Shown in pieces: positions 1 through 14,421 of a stretch of 64,000 bases of DNA. The first letter of the stretch is position 1. The number at the start of each line of letters is the position of its first letter. The stretch is from contig NW_002060949.1 in the NCBI RefSeq assembly GCF_000150275.1, positions 989,836-1,053,835 on the forward strand, given 5' to 3'. A model generated the notes under the pieces. That model saw only the letters and a program-made list of their open reading frames with translations. It was not told the origin of the DNA and ran no database searches. The DNA is from Trichoplax adhaerens. Taxonomy: Eukaryota > Animalia > Placozoa. The position numbers and the translations under genes are program-made.

Positions 1-1267
1 CTATATGGGAATATTAACAATTCTTCGGTATTTTATCAGAGTATTATAAAAGCGAAAAAGTAAATTGCATACTGCAATACAATCAGATAAAAGTCAAACC
101 AGCAATTCTATTAAACCAGTAAAGTATGCGCGCACGTACGTATACAACAAACAGTAACTTTTAATATCAGATTAAACTAAGATTACTATCACCTAGTAAC
201 AATAATTAAAGGATTAAAAATACACTAAATACAATTAAGAATATTTGCTCATATTAAGATTTTGTAGCTGCATTTATGATGTATCCAATTTACAACATAA
301 TTGATATAGATAACTTCTGAATGGTATAAAAGTAGATAAATTCCCGAATGGGCTCTATTCGCGACTAATTAGAAACTAGCCCTTTAGTTAGTTAGTGTTG
401 CCTCAAGGATAGATCTGCATGTTTCATGCAGATAGGCAGTATATGTTACCGTAATATTTTCTCGTAAGATTTGTATTTTTAACGATTTAAAAATGTTAAT
501 TATTCCTTTCAAGAGTGCAATATGCATTTCTAGCTATATTTTATGATCGTAAAACAATAATAAGAAAGCTGCATCGACGAAGTAGGCATAAATTTTTCCG
601 GCTTTAATTTGGTAAAGAATAAAGTTTCACGTCTCTTTTGTATAAGTAAAATACGAAAAATGGAATAGGGAAGTTTAGCGGATCTAAAGTTATTTATTAA
701 CAAATTGTAGGGAAAAAATTTACTATAGCTACTTAGTTTCAATTGCTAGAGATTTTTATCAAACAAACTGCGACAATAAATCGTGACATTTAGAAAAGAG
801 TTACTCTATAGGGTTTTGTGAATCGTTCTGTTGTTTTTAATTAAAACTTTGCATGAATAAAATTGATCTTTTGTCTTAATTTTTATTTTTAATTTATATT
901 AATCAAATTTCTAGTCATATAAATAACTGAAAGATTTGTCAGCAATGTGCAAAATATTAAAAATTACCGGCATTGAAGTTGAGCTATGATGAAATATTTT
1001 GTTTTTGTAGGATTAGAAGCAGCTACACCTATGACATTTGTAAGAGCTGCAAACTCCTTTATCTCACTTTTATGCTTAATTATTAACTAGCTACGCCCAT
1101 AAAAAGTTCGGAAAATGAAGGTGTTGATCTTAATATTTATAACATGTATGTGTTCAAGAAATATATATGGGATTGCCGGTATCGTATGGGATAATAATAT
1201 AATTACAGTGATGTAGTAACAAGGAATAAAGGAAAATTCTTTAAGCAAGGTGAACATCAAGCCATAC

Positions 1268-3590
1268 CTCACTTTGTAGCTTACTACAATGCAAAGGCCT
1301 TGTTTCGTCTGCTTTCGCTATTAAACTCCATGATGTCTTTAAATTGTTCGTATATCCCAGTCGGACATTATAAGATATATTAGATTTTGAATCTAGTCAC
1401 CCAAACAATGAATTTAAGAAAAGGATAAATGTTTAAACGTATTATATTTGACTTTTACTATTTATTGAATTCATGAATGAGAAACTTTCAAGGGTATTAT
1501 ATTGTGCATAGAAATAAACTGCATGAAGTAAATATTATTATAGAAATCAGTAGACAACTAAAACTAAAATATAGTTACCATTTGGGCGCAATTTATCGTA
1601 TTCAACATCTACGTTCATCAATACTAATAGATATTGATTCCATCTTGATATTTGAGGATGTCCATTAGGAATACGAACGGTAAAGACGATCTCATCGGCA
1701 GGAATATTACTTGGAATATTACGGATATCAATTTCTTGGCATTGATCCGGATCGTACCATTGCTTTAATCTTCCTTTATCGTGGGCTTTACACGTCGTTG
1801 CAGTAAATTTATAGGCTTTCGTTGGTGATGGAGCTAGAATTCGCACAGGCAAAAGAATATCAATGAATAAAATGTTACATCTATTACTGCCCCTTACTAA
1901 GGTAAAGTATCTAATAAGAGCTACTTGATGGGGTAATTAGATGCAGTAGTTTTCACGATAGCCTAGAATATTGCTGGGCTATTTAAGCTAAGCTTTGTTT
2001 TTAAAGCATTATGAAGAAAAAAAGTAATAGGGAGAAAATTATGCGTATCTCTAAAATTGACGAATTATATTAAATTTATATTAATAAAGATGGATGGTAC
2101 ACTCTGTAGCAAATTCAAGGTTTTAATAACAAGTTGTAAATACCTTCGTGAAATCCTAATCTATTACTGAGTCAAGTTGTATGCTTTTATTAATCTCCCA
2201 TTATTATTGGTTCTTCATTGTGTCAGAGAGAGCACGAAGTATCATAAAAGTTAATACTCTTAGAAATACAATATAAAAATTGCCATTCACCAGTGTGGTA
2301 CGTAAATAGGCAACATATCCAAAGTATAGCAGGAGAAACACCATACCATAAAACTTAAAAAATTCTATAGTACCCGGAATACACGGTTACTCATTAAAGA
2401 CGAAAGAAGTAGGCTATAAACAAATCTTCTAAATTTAGTCTCAAAAGCACTTGTTATAATTTCTACTAACTGCTATCGTAATTAAGGGATTTGAAATATC
2501 TTGATGTGAATATCTATTCTAATAACTATTTATTCGTGTTTAGGCGGGAACGACAAATGAAATAAAAACCTTTTGACCAATGATTTGATGCTAACCTATA
2601 ATTTGTAGAATTTGTTAGTTTGTGTCCTTCTCGCCGTTCTTATATTTATATTTATACTTTATTGAATAAGGTGATAAGTGTGATACTGGTAGTTCATTCG
2701 GCTATTGTTAGATATGATGATATGGTAACTTTAAATTTTTAATTATTGATTCGAAATCGAAAAGGAATAAGTTCGTCTATTGTGATAAAATCAAGTATCG
2801 AGGTTATAAAGTAGTAACCTAAATTAAGTTAGCATTGTGACGAAGCTAGCATTAAGCCGATTAAAAAAGAATGTAGTATGGATCATACGTCTAGAGATTT
2901 TATATTTATAACAAAGGTGCAAGCTAATTCGTTGAACGTCTTACCGATTTTATGTATAGCGTCTATCAAAGGAAAAAGTCTTGACTAAGTGAACTTAATT
3001 ACAAATAAAGAGAATTACTCCTATCTAATTCAATATACTAGGATACAGATATACGAAATATAGCTTAGGCAATGATTCGCTTTTGAAGTCAATTGAGAAT
3101 GCTAACTTACGGTACTGTATTGCTACTCTTACACTTTAATGAAAAGTAATACATTTCTTTGCCTTTATTAATTAATAGGGTTAAATCGAATCGGTTTATG
3201 CATTTGCAGCTCCGAATATCTTAATGCTAGTAAATTTGATACTATATGAATTATTATGTTTTCAAATGCGGTAGATCATGAATGAGAGAGCTTATAGATT
3301 CGATTTATTCTGCTTGTTCCTTCGTCGGTATAGAATTGAACAGTCAAACATAATGTAAGTGTAAAGTCTAAGTTACAATATACAGTATTATGCAACAAAA
3401 GGAGTTGAAAGTTAATAAATCTGGTATGCTATTCGCCTATACCTGAATGCCAAGAATCTTACTTAAAATTAAAACAATTTTATTTACCTTTTAACCCAAT
3501 GAAAATGAATGAGATTTGTGCCGCTAACATAAGCAATGAAAAAGCAATTAAGTGCTTGCTACTCAACGTTTCCAATATAATACTAGACAT
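1268..3590 (-). CDS. WLS: Wntless (GPR177/Evi) Wnt secretion factor, first three coding exons; gene presumably continues past the left edge
   Basis: Exons 3590-3488, 1833-1579 and 1392-1268 join in frame at GT-AG sites: MSSIILETLSSKHLIAFSLLMLAAQISFIFIGLK-APSPTKAYKFTATTC...QWYDPDQC...IPADEIVFTVRIP...ISRWNQYLLVLMNVDV...NVRLGY...W...RPLHC. This parallels the WLS N-terminus (MAGAIIENMSTKKL...APGPT...IEANDIVFSVHIP...MSPWFQFML). Exon 4 was not found in 1-1267. Confidence 0.92.
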
Positions 3591-6394
3591 CTTTTTCCTT
3601 CAGATTAGCTATCGTTAATGTTTCGTGAAAGCATTGATAAGTAAAGTGGTTAAAATAAGTTAGAAACCTACTTCAGCGATAGACAACAATAAAATATTAT
3701 CTTTTACTGTCTGCAATAAATTTTTTTAAGATAGTATAATAGTAAATCCAGACAATAGGATCATGACTGCCATTGTCATTTTATCCGTATTTCTGGAGTA
3801 TAAATGATGTATATTACCGCGGTGTGATAATATAAATTTTTCGTAATAGGCGAAGTTTTCCTTGCCTAAATATTAAAGCTGTGTAAATATATCAGTATGA
3901 TCCGGTCGATTGATATTGACTTTCTATCAAAGCTTGATGGTCAATGTTCGTTAATGTTAGTCCATAGTTAAAAGCAGCATAATGATATGTCATCGATTTG
4001 CTTCTATATTCTTATTCAACTGATTATCTACATAACAATACATTAGTAGGATGTAAAGAACAGAGTCTCTTCGATTTCAGTAGGTATTTCATGAGCGATT
4101 ATAATCTACTTTATCACATCAGATTATTAGTACTAATCTTTTTCTATGCAATTCAATTAATTGTTCTCTCTGAATCATATACTGCAAATTAAAATATTAT
4201 ATCTACGCATTCATTAAGATAATTAAAATCAGAGACCCATGTTATAATTAGTCAATTCTCGTCTGAATGGTAGATGAAGTTTAAAAATGAATGTTAGCAT
4301 TAAAATAATAACAGAGATTAATAATTCTTTATCCATTATCTTGAAGGCCTACATCAGTTACCGTGTGAGAATAGTAGTTACACCCAAAATTTATCCGTTA
4401 CAGATCAATCTCATATTGTCATAAAAATGGATTATTATTTAAAAACTGTAGTATTAATAATCCTAGAATGTATATTTGCTGTATATTTAATTACATAGCT
4501 ACTCAATTTTGAGCGAAGGAACAATATTGATTAGGTCTAAATAGGAGCACGGTATTATTGTTTCACACGAGTATTTGCTTTATTACTGTACTACCGAATA
4601 TATTCAATTTCCATCATACTATCAGGTATATTTTTCCATTCAACGTGTTTAGGTTAAGAGTCTAAACATCTCGAGATTAAATATAATAATAGCATTAAAT
4701 TGATCCAATCTTATAAAAATCCACTTTATTCAGGGCTATTTAACACAATTTCTATAGCTATCAAGGAAGTGACGTAAATGTATACGGAAATACCCTGTAA
4801 ACTACCTTTTGCAATGGTTGTATGCAGTTTCTTGACTATTGTTACAAGTAAGGAAAAACATTATTTTTATATTTTAATGCATTTCCCTACCCTGTTTCGT
4901 TCAGACTAATAAATGCATACGGTTAAAGAATAAAAATCGACATTCGCGTTATTTTGCTACAGTTATAATATAGTAATTATCCTTCTTATATGCCATTAAC
5001 TAATTCTGTTTAAATTAGATAGAGCATATGAGTAGGGGGCTATAGCTGTTCATCCAATATTGGAATACCTTTACAAGTGATTTTACACGTGCCATGTAAA
5101 GTCCGGAACAAATAATCACTAGCCTCCAGACTCTCTTTATTAGAAGTTATTGCTTATTGCACTTTATACCGAGCTATCGCTAATGAGCTAGCTTTACCTA
5201 GTGTCATCTTGTGTGTAGCCGTGATAAACTGATAGCCGCAAAGCCTTTCGTTAGAAGTTACAAGAATTGAAATTTAATTGTAATACGAGTAATATTGACT
5301 GTAAGTGCTAAACGATTGAAAGGTAACGTATATTGCGTCAATAGCATGGTCTGAGAGCTAGTATATTGATAATATCTGTATTCATTTTTGTTTAAGAATT
5401 ATCGCAGACAGTAAATTTTACATATCTAGAACTTACTGTATTTCGATTGTAACATTTTGTTATAAGTACGTGTATTTAATTGAGTATAATACTTTACTTT
5501 TAACCCATAGGCAATACCTATGCGCTAGAATAATCTTAAGTGAAAGAGTATATTATTGCTCGGATAGCTAGCCTGGCCTTCCCAAATTTATCATAATGCA
5601 CATTAAGCTCACGTAATGACCGAGTAATAGTCTTTTACTATTACTAGTCCATGGAATACGAATGTTAGCATAGTATGCAATCCGTGTCTACACACTGGGG
5701 TTATAAAAAACTTAGTCCAGGTCTCAACATTAATGAAAAGTCCAGTCGTAGAATTCCAGGGAAATCAGTGTTAATCGTAACGTCAATTACCAAATAAATG
5801 CAGAAATTATAAGAAAATATCTAAAATTTGGTCAGTTTTCAGATTTACTGTCAATTAAGTAGCTTACAGCAGTAGCATAAGACTAATTTATGATTGATGC
5901 CCTAATTTCATAAGCGTAACATCATTTGCTGGAATAACGAAATAGTCATAGCTGGAGCTAATCAATCCCAGATATGCATATGTCATATACCCTTCGATAT
6001 CACTAACGATAGACAACGATAATTTTTTGAGAGCAGTAATAAACCACAGGCCGCCAATCTGTATTCATACTTTATTTTATGTATGCTCTTATAATACTAT
6101 TAGAATAACTGTATATGTAATTTCCCTTTGAGTTAGAGCAACATTTAAATCATTATATACAAAAGTACGAACTGCTCATTGCGATATTTGATAGCAAACC
6201 GTTAAACAATAAACAATACATTCACAATAATGTAAATTTCACATCCAGCGAAAAAGTTGTCACGGTACGTTGCACCAGTTTACTTCCTTACATGGATAAA
6301 TTATTTAACATATTACTGCATTGACTTTGACTATAGCGCGCATTCTTGGAAATGCCGGTACAACGCCTGATGCGGAAAGTACATCAGGAACGTT

Positions 6395-7478
6395 TCAATA
6401 GGGATTCTCTGACCAATTTACAGGCTGACCAGGGACAACAGTTTTAACCGATTCAGTCCTACAAGACAGCAAAAATATTAGTTAACAGTAGTTCAGAAAT
6501 GCGGTACATTACTTAGAGAAAGTGAAGACGAACTCCAGCGGACTAAATTAGTAGTGATATGTACCATTTCTAAGACTTACTCAGCACGTTTAATTTCCGA
6601 TGAAGCAGGAAGCAAAGCTTGTTTACTAATTTCTACAGGAGGTCTAGCTTCCCTTCGTAAATCTCTGGTGTAATAGTAGTTTTTATTCAGCCTATGAGCT
6701 GGGCCAGAGGGAAGTTTGGGTGGTGGCCCAGATCTAATCCATTTTGATAGTTTTAAAAATCGAAATTTAAGATTTAAATATAATATAGAAGGTAAAGCTG
6801 AAAGTAAAAACTACAGTTTTCACTGCAACGTACGAGATCGTCTTTTTTAACTACAGTATACGCGTATTCACTACAGTACATTCAATTGATTAACCTTTTA
6901 ACAATGAAATCCTGATAACGGAGATTTGGCTTGATTTCTCTCTAAAATAGAAAGTTAATACATCAAATGACAAGATTGCCAGTTTTATACAATAATCTTA
7001 TGCTCATATAACATTTTTACTCAGTAAATAGTGCACGAGTATAATTTATAATGGAACATCTGTAGTCTACGAAGTGAGACAATTTCTTCCATGATACACT
7101 AACTATCCCATGCAGTCTCCTAACGCCTCGAACATGTACGTAGTGCTTAGTAAAAGCATTGATTATACTGCAATTAATGAATGAACTGTACAAAGGGTAA
7201 TATTGCTAGAGTATGGCAATTTTTATCTTATATTGGCTACAATCATACTAGCTATTAAAATTGTCCAGTTCTGACATGACGGTCAATCCATGAACAATTT
7301 TGTTAGGTGTATTTCTGTTACTCAATGTTTTCTATATTGTACGTTTCACTGCAGACGGCCATTAGCCATCATCATTTCTTAATTTTTAATTCCTATAGTT
7401 GATAGTTACCCCAGCTAAGAAATTTCGAAGAACTTCGATTACTCGTGTTGCATTTCTAGGTGGTTGCGCTGCCGCCAT
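6395..7478 (-). CDS. NDUFA7: NADH dehydrogenase (ubiquinone) 1 alpha subcomplex subunit 7 (B14.5a)
   Basis: Four exons (7478-7410, 6941-6895, 6733-6581, 6458-6395): [71 protein letters not shown]...-VVPGQPVNWSENPY*. The family motif PPPKLPxGPxHxLxxNYYxTRDxRRE is present. The ORF track misses it. Confidence 0.96.
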
Positions 7479-7481
7479 TTT
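7471..7481 (-). promoter_or_regulatory. YY1-type motif (AAAATGGCGGC) overlapping the NDUFA7 start codon
   Basis: gccgccatttt at 7471-7481 is the YY1 consensus; it also serves as the start-codon context. Confidence 0.4.
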
Positions 7482-8421
7482 GATTACAAGAACCAGACAG
7501 TCGCTTCTTCTGCGGCTACAGTAATAAGCGATTAAAGTTTCTTCGTTCCGAACTGGTTGCTAACTGAAAGGGTTAATACGCGTATGAACTAACACAACAC
7601 TGATAATTGTATGGTGAAAGCGTGATCGCGTCGGTACCGTACTCTACCGTATTTCGGTCAGTACAATACAGTAGACCGATGCAGTGATGACCGATCATGA
7701 CGTATTATACAATACACTACCGTACCATGTGATATCGTATGGTCATGGACTGCTGTACCTTTTTTCACGATCAGGACTCTATGGCTGTAACTCAGTGTAC
7801 TGTACCCATGGTCTACTAGAAGAAGACCTGAGCTGGACCGATCACTCACCCAGACAGACAGACATTGGTAAGAATATCGAAAAATGATTATTTACGTACA
7901 GTAGTATGGAGCTTTCCGTGTCCATTTCCTACCATTACTGGTACTAATTGAGGTAACATCTACAATATTACATGAACAGTATACTGCATATAACTATTTC
8001 CAAGCAGAACTTAGTCACAGATAATAAGATTCAATTTAGTATTATTACCTAATTTAGAAAAAATCAGTCAATTGAAAATCGATGGTCTCCATACTAAAGT
8101 ATTATCATAACAAGGCAGAATATTTTGACGAGATGAGACCAAAGGTGTCCGTCCATCCAAGAGTGATCATTCTAGGTAGTAGTGTTGGCATTCAACGGTT
8201 GAACGTTCAGTAACCTGAATGTGTGAATGTTTGCTCGATTTTGGAACGAATATAACAGTCAATGGATGTTTACGAATGTTAAGTGAACGTTCAACCGATT
8301 TTAGAATTGTATGAGAACAAATCGGGCCAGCGACAGTGTTGATCGAAAAATACGCCATCGTTCTAAATCGGATCCGGGCTGTTACTTTTGTCAAAATCCA
8401 TTTTACGGATGTGTCCACACA

Positions 8422-8740
8422 ATACTGTATTTTACCTACAGTAGTACAGTACTGTACAGTACTTTACTGTACAGTACATAGTGTACTGTACTGTACAAGC
8501 AGTCACTGTACAGTACTGTACAGTAGAGACCCTTAAAACAGTATCACTGTCGGCAAAGAGAAGAGGACATTGAGCTACTACCGTACAGTACTACTGTACA
8601 GTGTACTGTACACTGTACAGTACTGTACAGTAGCTTACAGTAGCAGGAAGGCGTACTGTACTGTAGTGTACTACGTACTGTAGATGTTTGGTGACAAGAA
8701 CCAAACCATCGACAGGTGTACACTGTACTGTACATTACTG
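8422..8740. repeat. TACTG/CAGTA pentamer array (TACTGTACAGTA palindromes) in the NDUFA7/TMEM59 divergent promoter
   Basis: Dense runs such as gtacagtactgtacagtactttactgtacagtac, ending ~60 bp before the TMEM59 ATG. Confidence 0.9.
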
Positions 8741-8801
8741 CAAATACAACAAATCCAGTTTCAGCTTTTCAGTTAGTTCGCTCGACAACAACATTGAGTC
8801 A

Positions 8802-11759
8802 ATGGCGCATCGTGTAGCAGTGTATTTGCTACTGCTGATATCTGTTTTGAAATCAGTATCGAGCATTAGCGTTCTCGAAGGAGTAGAAAAATGCCACAAA
8901 TCGTGTGCAAAGTCCTATCCGCCACATACTTATCCTAGCGTAAGTCACTTTACAACTGTATTCATGAACAACGCGTAGTTTATTCAAATTTTGCATTTAG
9001 TAACTTTTGTTGTTGTTCGATGATGACGGCTAAAATTTATTTGCATTTCATTCACAAGTTATGTAGTTGTACCATGTTGTACGCGCTATGCTGTTCTGTT
9101 AGTGCTCATTGACGGCTATCCGATAATTTCTCTAAGATATATTCCGGTAGATTTTATAGTATTTAAAAAAAAGTACCGTCTAGTAGAAACTAATCAAGTT
9201 TTTGCTGCTTGTTTGGGAGTTTTTACTGATGGACGAGTACTGTATCTGTACACTTTGGCTATCTTTTCTACATACTGTACGTGTCTATGTTATAGTGTAT
9301 ACTGTATACAGTAGTGTAGTCTACTGATATTCAATCTACGATGCAGTACTACATTAATGACTGCTTATTAGTGAGCAACTGTGGATGGGTGTACTGTATA
9401 CTGTAGTGCAAATTATTTCTCCAGTATATAAAATATACTCTTTAGTACTCTTTAGCACAAACAATGGATGATTACTAATGTGAAATAAACAGTGCAGTAT
9501 GTGTCAAATTATTTTGTCACTTTGAAAAGAATCAACCAGTGATCTTAATAAGCAAATACTGATTAATAGTCGTTACATTCCATAGCCTTTTTCAAAATCT
9601 CTCCATCAACCATTCTAATATATCATTCTATGATAGCTTTACTGTATTTTTAAAGAAAAATATTGCCCGAAAGTGACAAAATGTTATAATACGTACAGTA
9701 CTGTAGATAAATTTAAAACGGCTGCTTTGATAGAAGTACTGTACAGTACTTACCATGATCGTGACGCCTTTTCAACTCCTACTGTAATAAAGGAGCAGAA
9801 GAAGCCTCAATTCCAAAACTTCTTTTTTTTATTTGATTCTTTTTACTATATAAATCGATGAAGTAGTTAATAAAGAGATTCGTACTCCTTTTAATAAGTT
9901 AATGCATGAAGTGTTCATCTCTTACACCAGCATATGCCACATTCTATAGTAAAACATGTCCACAATAGCCATGGTGTAGAGAGAACATTATTATTAGTAT
10001 AGCGTTAACCCTACAATGGACTACTAAATTACATTTAGTAGTTCATGACAGTACAGTAGTCTTGGTAAATCCACAATAGCCATGGTGTAGAGAGAACATT
10101 ATTATTAGTATAACGTTAACCCTACAATGGACTACTAAATTACATTTAGTAGTTCATGACAGTACAGTAGTTTTGGTAAATCCACAATAGCCATGGTGTA
10201 GAGAGAACATTATTATTAGTATAGCGTTAACCCTACAATGGACTACTAAATTACATTTAGTAGTTCATGATAGTACATTAGTCTTGGTAAATACACTGTA
10301 TTACTGTAAAAATTTGTAACGTCTTATATTGTAGTCGGCTGACAAGATGGACAATGTATCTAAAATACAGCTTTACTGTATGAAAATATACCGCTATTGA
10401 CTCGTCTGTTCTTCATCGGATTTGGTCGTATTCGGTAGTACAGTAATAGCATTAGCTTGCTGTGATAGGGTATTTTTAAAATATACTGTACGTTTCGACG
10501 TATAGTACAGTAAGATTCTGAAAGATAATAGTCATATCATGCATATATATCTAAGTACAATATGTAATGTTTTAGCTCTTATATCATGTTACTCTTACTT
10601 TGGAATGTAGACCGATTCACTCATAGCCTGTCAAAGAGGATGCAGATTTGCAGCAATTACAGATGTGATGAGATTTAATTCTACAGACGAGAAAAGTGAA
10701 GCTTGTGCATCAGGTGAATATTGGATTATTGTTTCATGAGATCACGAATTCTACGTGATCCTTCTGAACCTTTGCGTCTATGATCAGTGTAATAATTATT
10801 AACTCATATAACTAATCTATCTTTTCTCAACTAGTTTGTTCTGAGGCTTATAGGAACAACTTGGACATAGCATGTCGAAATGGTTGCGATATTATTCGTT
10901 ATTATTTACCGACTATAAATGATATCGATCGCATGCCACAGTATAGTTATCCATTTATCTACATCCAAAACGTTTACGTGAATGTTGTTAACCAAGCAGT
11001 TCACTATTTTAGAATTCAATGGGGCTTTTTGATAACTTCTCCGAATCACGACCTGATTGCTGTACAGGTTTGTATGGCTATACTATAAATATAATTGATT
11101 TATGCGTTTAGATTTGATAATATACAATTTAATGCCAGCATTTAATTTCTTTGTGTGCATTACTACTCAGTCTGGACCGGAAGTAATGATTGCTATTGAA
11201 GAAATCGAAGGTCAATTAAAATTAATTTTAACGCCTTAAAGTGTACCATTGAGATCCTTCAGACTTTGCTAGATGACTAATAAAAATTCTAAAATTGATC
11301 TGTTATTATGTACTGTAGATGGCAGCAATGAGAAGCAAATTAGTGAACGTCAAAGACCGGTGGAACGTACTAGTAAATTTACTGGATGGTTGGAGTGTAT
11401 CTCTTACCATACTGGGTTACCGGTTTGGCTAGTATGTGCGACACTTCTTACATCTGTGTTTGCTTTAATCGGATTGTGCTGTATTTGGGTTTACGATTCT
11501 GACGATGAATCTGATAATGTAAGTTCAAATTCGCTCATGTCATTTACCGTATCTATTGCAATTAAATTTCGATATTACTTGATATCTCTCTGAATTTACG
11601 TATGTGAAGAAAAAGCAAGAAGCCAAATGTAGAACACTTACTAAACAACCGATAATGTGGTCGCCTAACAAGAGTATTCCTGCCGATATCATTGAATGTA
11701 AACAGCCACTATTAATTGATTCTTCAGTCGTTAAGGTTCCTTTGCATTCTAATCTATAA
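8802..11759 (+). CDS. TMEM59: TMEM59/BSMAP-family type I membrane protein
   Basis: Six exons (approx. 8802-8939, 10611-10713, 10835-11067, 11171-11210, 11319-11518, 11610-11759). Signal peptide, then CHKSCAKSYPPHTYP / ACQRGCRF / C.S.CSEAY...ACRNGC (TMEM59 cysteine pattern), then GWLECIS...GLPVW plus a TM helix ending in CC. Confidence 0.92.
9960..10292. repeat. Tandem repeat, 3 x 111 bp, in TMEM59 intron 1
   Basis: Unit ccacaatagccatggtgtagagagaac...cttggtaaat starts at 9960, 10071 and 10182, with only a few substitutions between copies. Confidence 0.97.
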
Positions 11760-12551
11760 TTTAAATTGGTCTGGCGTAACATATCTGTAAAATAAGGCTA
11801 CTTCTGAACAGATCTAGCGTTTAACTTTCATTATATTGATCGATCTTTGCCATCGAATACTTTATCTGTAATCTATCACACAGTACAGTTCATAGCGAGG
11901 AGTATAGATAGTATTTACTGCAATGTTAATTTAACAGTAAATAGCTTATGATAGCTATTTATTGTATTGTAAGGACTTCATTTGTAAATCGTAGATAGGT
12001 TTTATTTCATATTATACAATATGAGGATAAATAGCAAAACTATATAGATAATTCCTTTCCCACATACAGAAATACAGCGTAATTCAGCAGTAAATTTCTC
12101 CAGTGAATTTGTGTTGTACTATTTATAACTGTTATCGTTATACTTCAATGGTGTAATTATCATTGCTTTGGTTTTGCAATTAGAAGCTACTGATTAACGG
12201 TATGGAAATGGCTATTATTTTAAATACACTGTGCATAACTTGCAATGATGTCATAATCATAGGCAGTACGTAGAAGCTACGCAGCCTAAGTTGCAGTATG
12301 CATAGGTTGTTGAATAACCACTTATTTTAGTCATCAATTTTTTTTGTCTCTACCATAGGATGATTAAAGGATTGATACTAGTAAGGCAATAAATTGTTAG
12401 CGTAACCAATGACTAACTTGTACATTACTTTGTAATATTATGATGATATTCAACTCACGGAAATCAAATCAGTTATGATACGAGTTGTCACAAGAGCAAA
12501 TATAAATCTCATATTAGATTATGGTGGGAAATATACGCATCATAAAAAAGT

Positions 12552-14232
12552 TTACTTTTTTAGAGAATATTGCAAAATATCTTCATAATTAAAATTCTCA
12601 GGAAAATGGTTAAAAGATTTAACAACACTGTATCGAGATTCATCTTCTCCTGCATAGAAAAGTTGTAGTTGATTAGCTAAAAATTGGGCCTCTGTGGTAT
12701 TTAGTTGCTTTGGATCCCAATTTCCCGACATTAATACGATCCCTAAATCAACATTAAAATTTCACCTATTAATACATAAATTATTATATATTAATTTTGC
12801 ACAAATGAGGCGCAATATAACACAATAAATATCGTCCGAAATGTTGAAATCACGTTCGTGATGATGTATAAATGTAGCAGGTTTGCAAGAGTGGAGATAC
12901 TCTTATGTACGAGTATATGTGTGGTATTACCGTGCCATAGTCATAAAACATACCATATCCACCTGATTGAATCTAATATCATTTCGTAGATATTAACATT
13001 GATGAAGTTAAAGCAAGAACTACAACTCGGATAAGGCTACACGGTAATCAAGGTGTTACTTGATTGTAATATAAATAGATTTATGAGTTTTAGAGTCGAT
13101 TATTTACCTTTGTTATCAGAAAATTCCTTGTAATGCGATATAGTTAGAATAGGTGGTGCATTTTCACCAAATGTTTTAAAACTAAGTAAAGGTGTAAAAT
13201 GGCAGTCATTTCCGTCAAACTGTGCGAATATAAATTCTACTCCTTCATTACGAGGAAGGGGATAAACAAATACTGGGCATTCAAAAGATCTCTTATACAT
13301 CCTTTCATATATGGCATTAGGTATTACAGCACCAATACAATCACGTTGCTTGTGATATTCCGTCCATATCTGAGCAATTTCAGTTCCGGACTTTTCTTGA
13401 ATTTTACTGACATACATGATGTCGTTTAGGTTTTTTCTTTGGCCAACAACTGGAGGCCCTTTCTTAGATGAACTACCAATCGTCTACATAATAACATTGT
13501 CATAATGAATAATTCACATAAGAACAGCTAATAATTAACAAGAAAACGCTGTCGTAATTCTAGTTAGCCTCAACGTACTTATTACAGGTATAGTCTGTTA
13601 TTAATTAATTATAATAATAACGATCATACGCGTATACAACATACCTTTTCTAGTTTTCTGTCTAGATCTTGATATTTCTTTTTCAAAGAGTAATCGATTG
13701 CTTGTGTAGAGGTATCCGTATCACTAATATCATTTGCTTTTCTACTAAAAAATTACAAAATTTGGCTCCGATAAATAAATTACAAGTCCAAAGGATTAGT
13801 AGATTACTGTACGGACCTTATAATAAGATGGTTAAATTATAACAACTGTAAATTTATCAAAACTGCAGTTTAATAATATAATTGACAAAAATTACATAGC
13901 TGAGTTGATTTCATGTACTGTACGTATTTATGGTACACGAATTCATCGCATGTATTTAGTGCATCTCCTTGCTGCGTAAGCATCTTGTTTGAGTAGTATG
14001 AAGTTATCCTATACGTGCATCACTGACGGTAACGATACCTGGCTTTTGCAATCTTGTCTGCATACTTCTGGAAATACGGATTCAATTCCACGTCTCTACT
14101 AACACCATCCTCTTTAGGATTTTCTTTACTGCATCGTGGATAGAGTGATGAAATGCTACGATAGCCACAGGGCTTTTTAACTTGTAACCGGTAATACCAC
14201 GTACAAATGTTTACGAGCGAATTTCGATTCAT
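12552..14232 (-). CDS. ATPAF1: ATP synthase mitochondrial F1 complex assembly factor 1 (ATP11)
   Basis: Four exons (approx. 14232-14039, 13744-13645, 13483-13109, 12742-12552). Motifs ELNPYFQKYADKI, LNDIM...EIAQIWTEYH, CPVFVYPLPRNEGVEF, HFTPLLSFKTFGENAP, GIVLMSG, EAQFLANQLQLFY, FNHFPENFNY match ATP11; basic N-terminal targeting-like peptide. Confidence 0.95.
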
Positions 14233-14421
14233 TTTATTTTGTCATGTATCTCAGAACTACTCAATGATTTGGGAAAAGTACTTATGCAACATTATCATCG
14301 ATAATTAATTAATTAATTCACTCAATACTCTGATATCTTGGCAATGCCAGTCTAGCTCAATGCACAGTTTGCTGTGCAGTAATCGCCATACGCTCACTCA
14401 AGAGAACAAACCCCTTTATTA

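Noticed and set aside
9960-10292. Regularly spaced repeats with a hairpin, superficially CRISPR-like
   Set aside because: The units are full-length tandem copies with no unique spacers, there are no cas genes, and the context is a eukaryotic intron.
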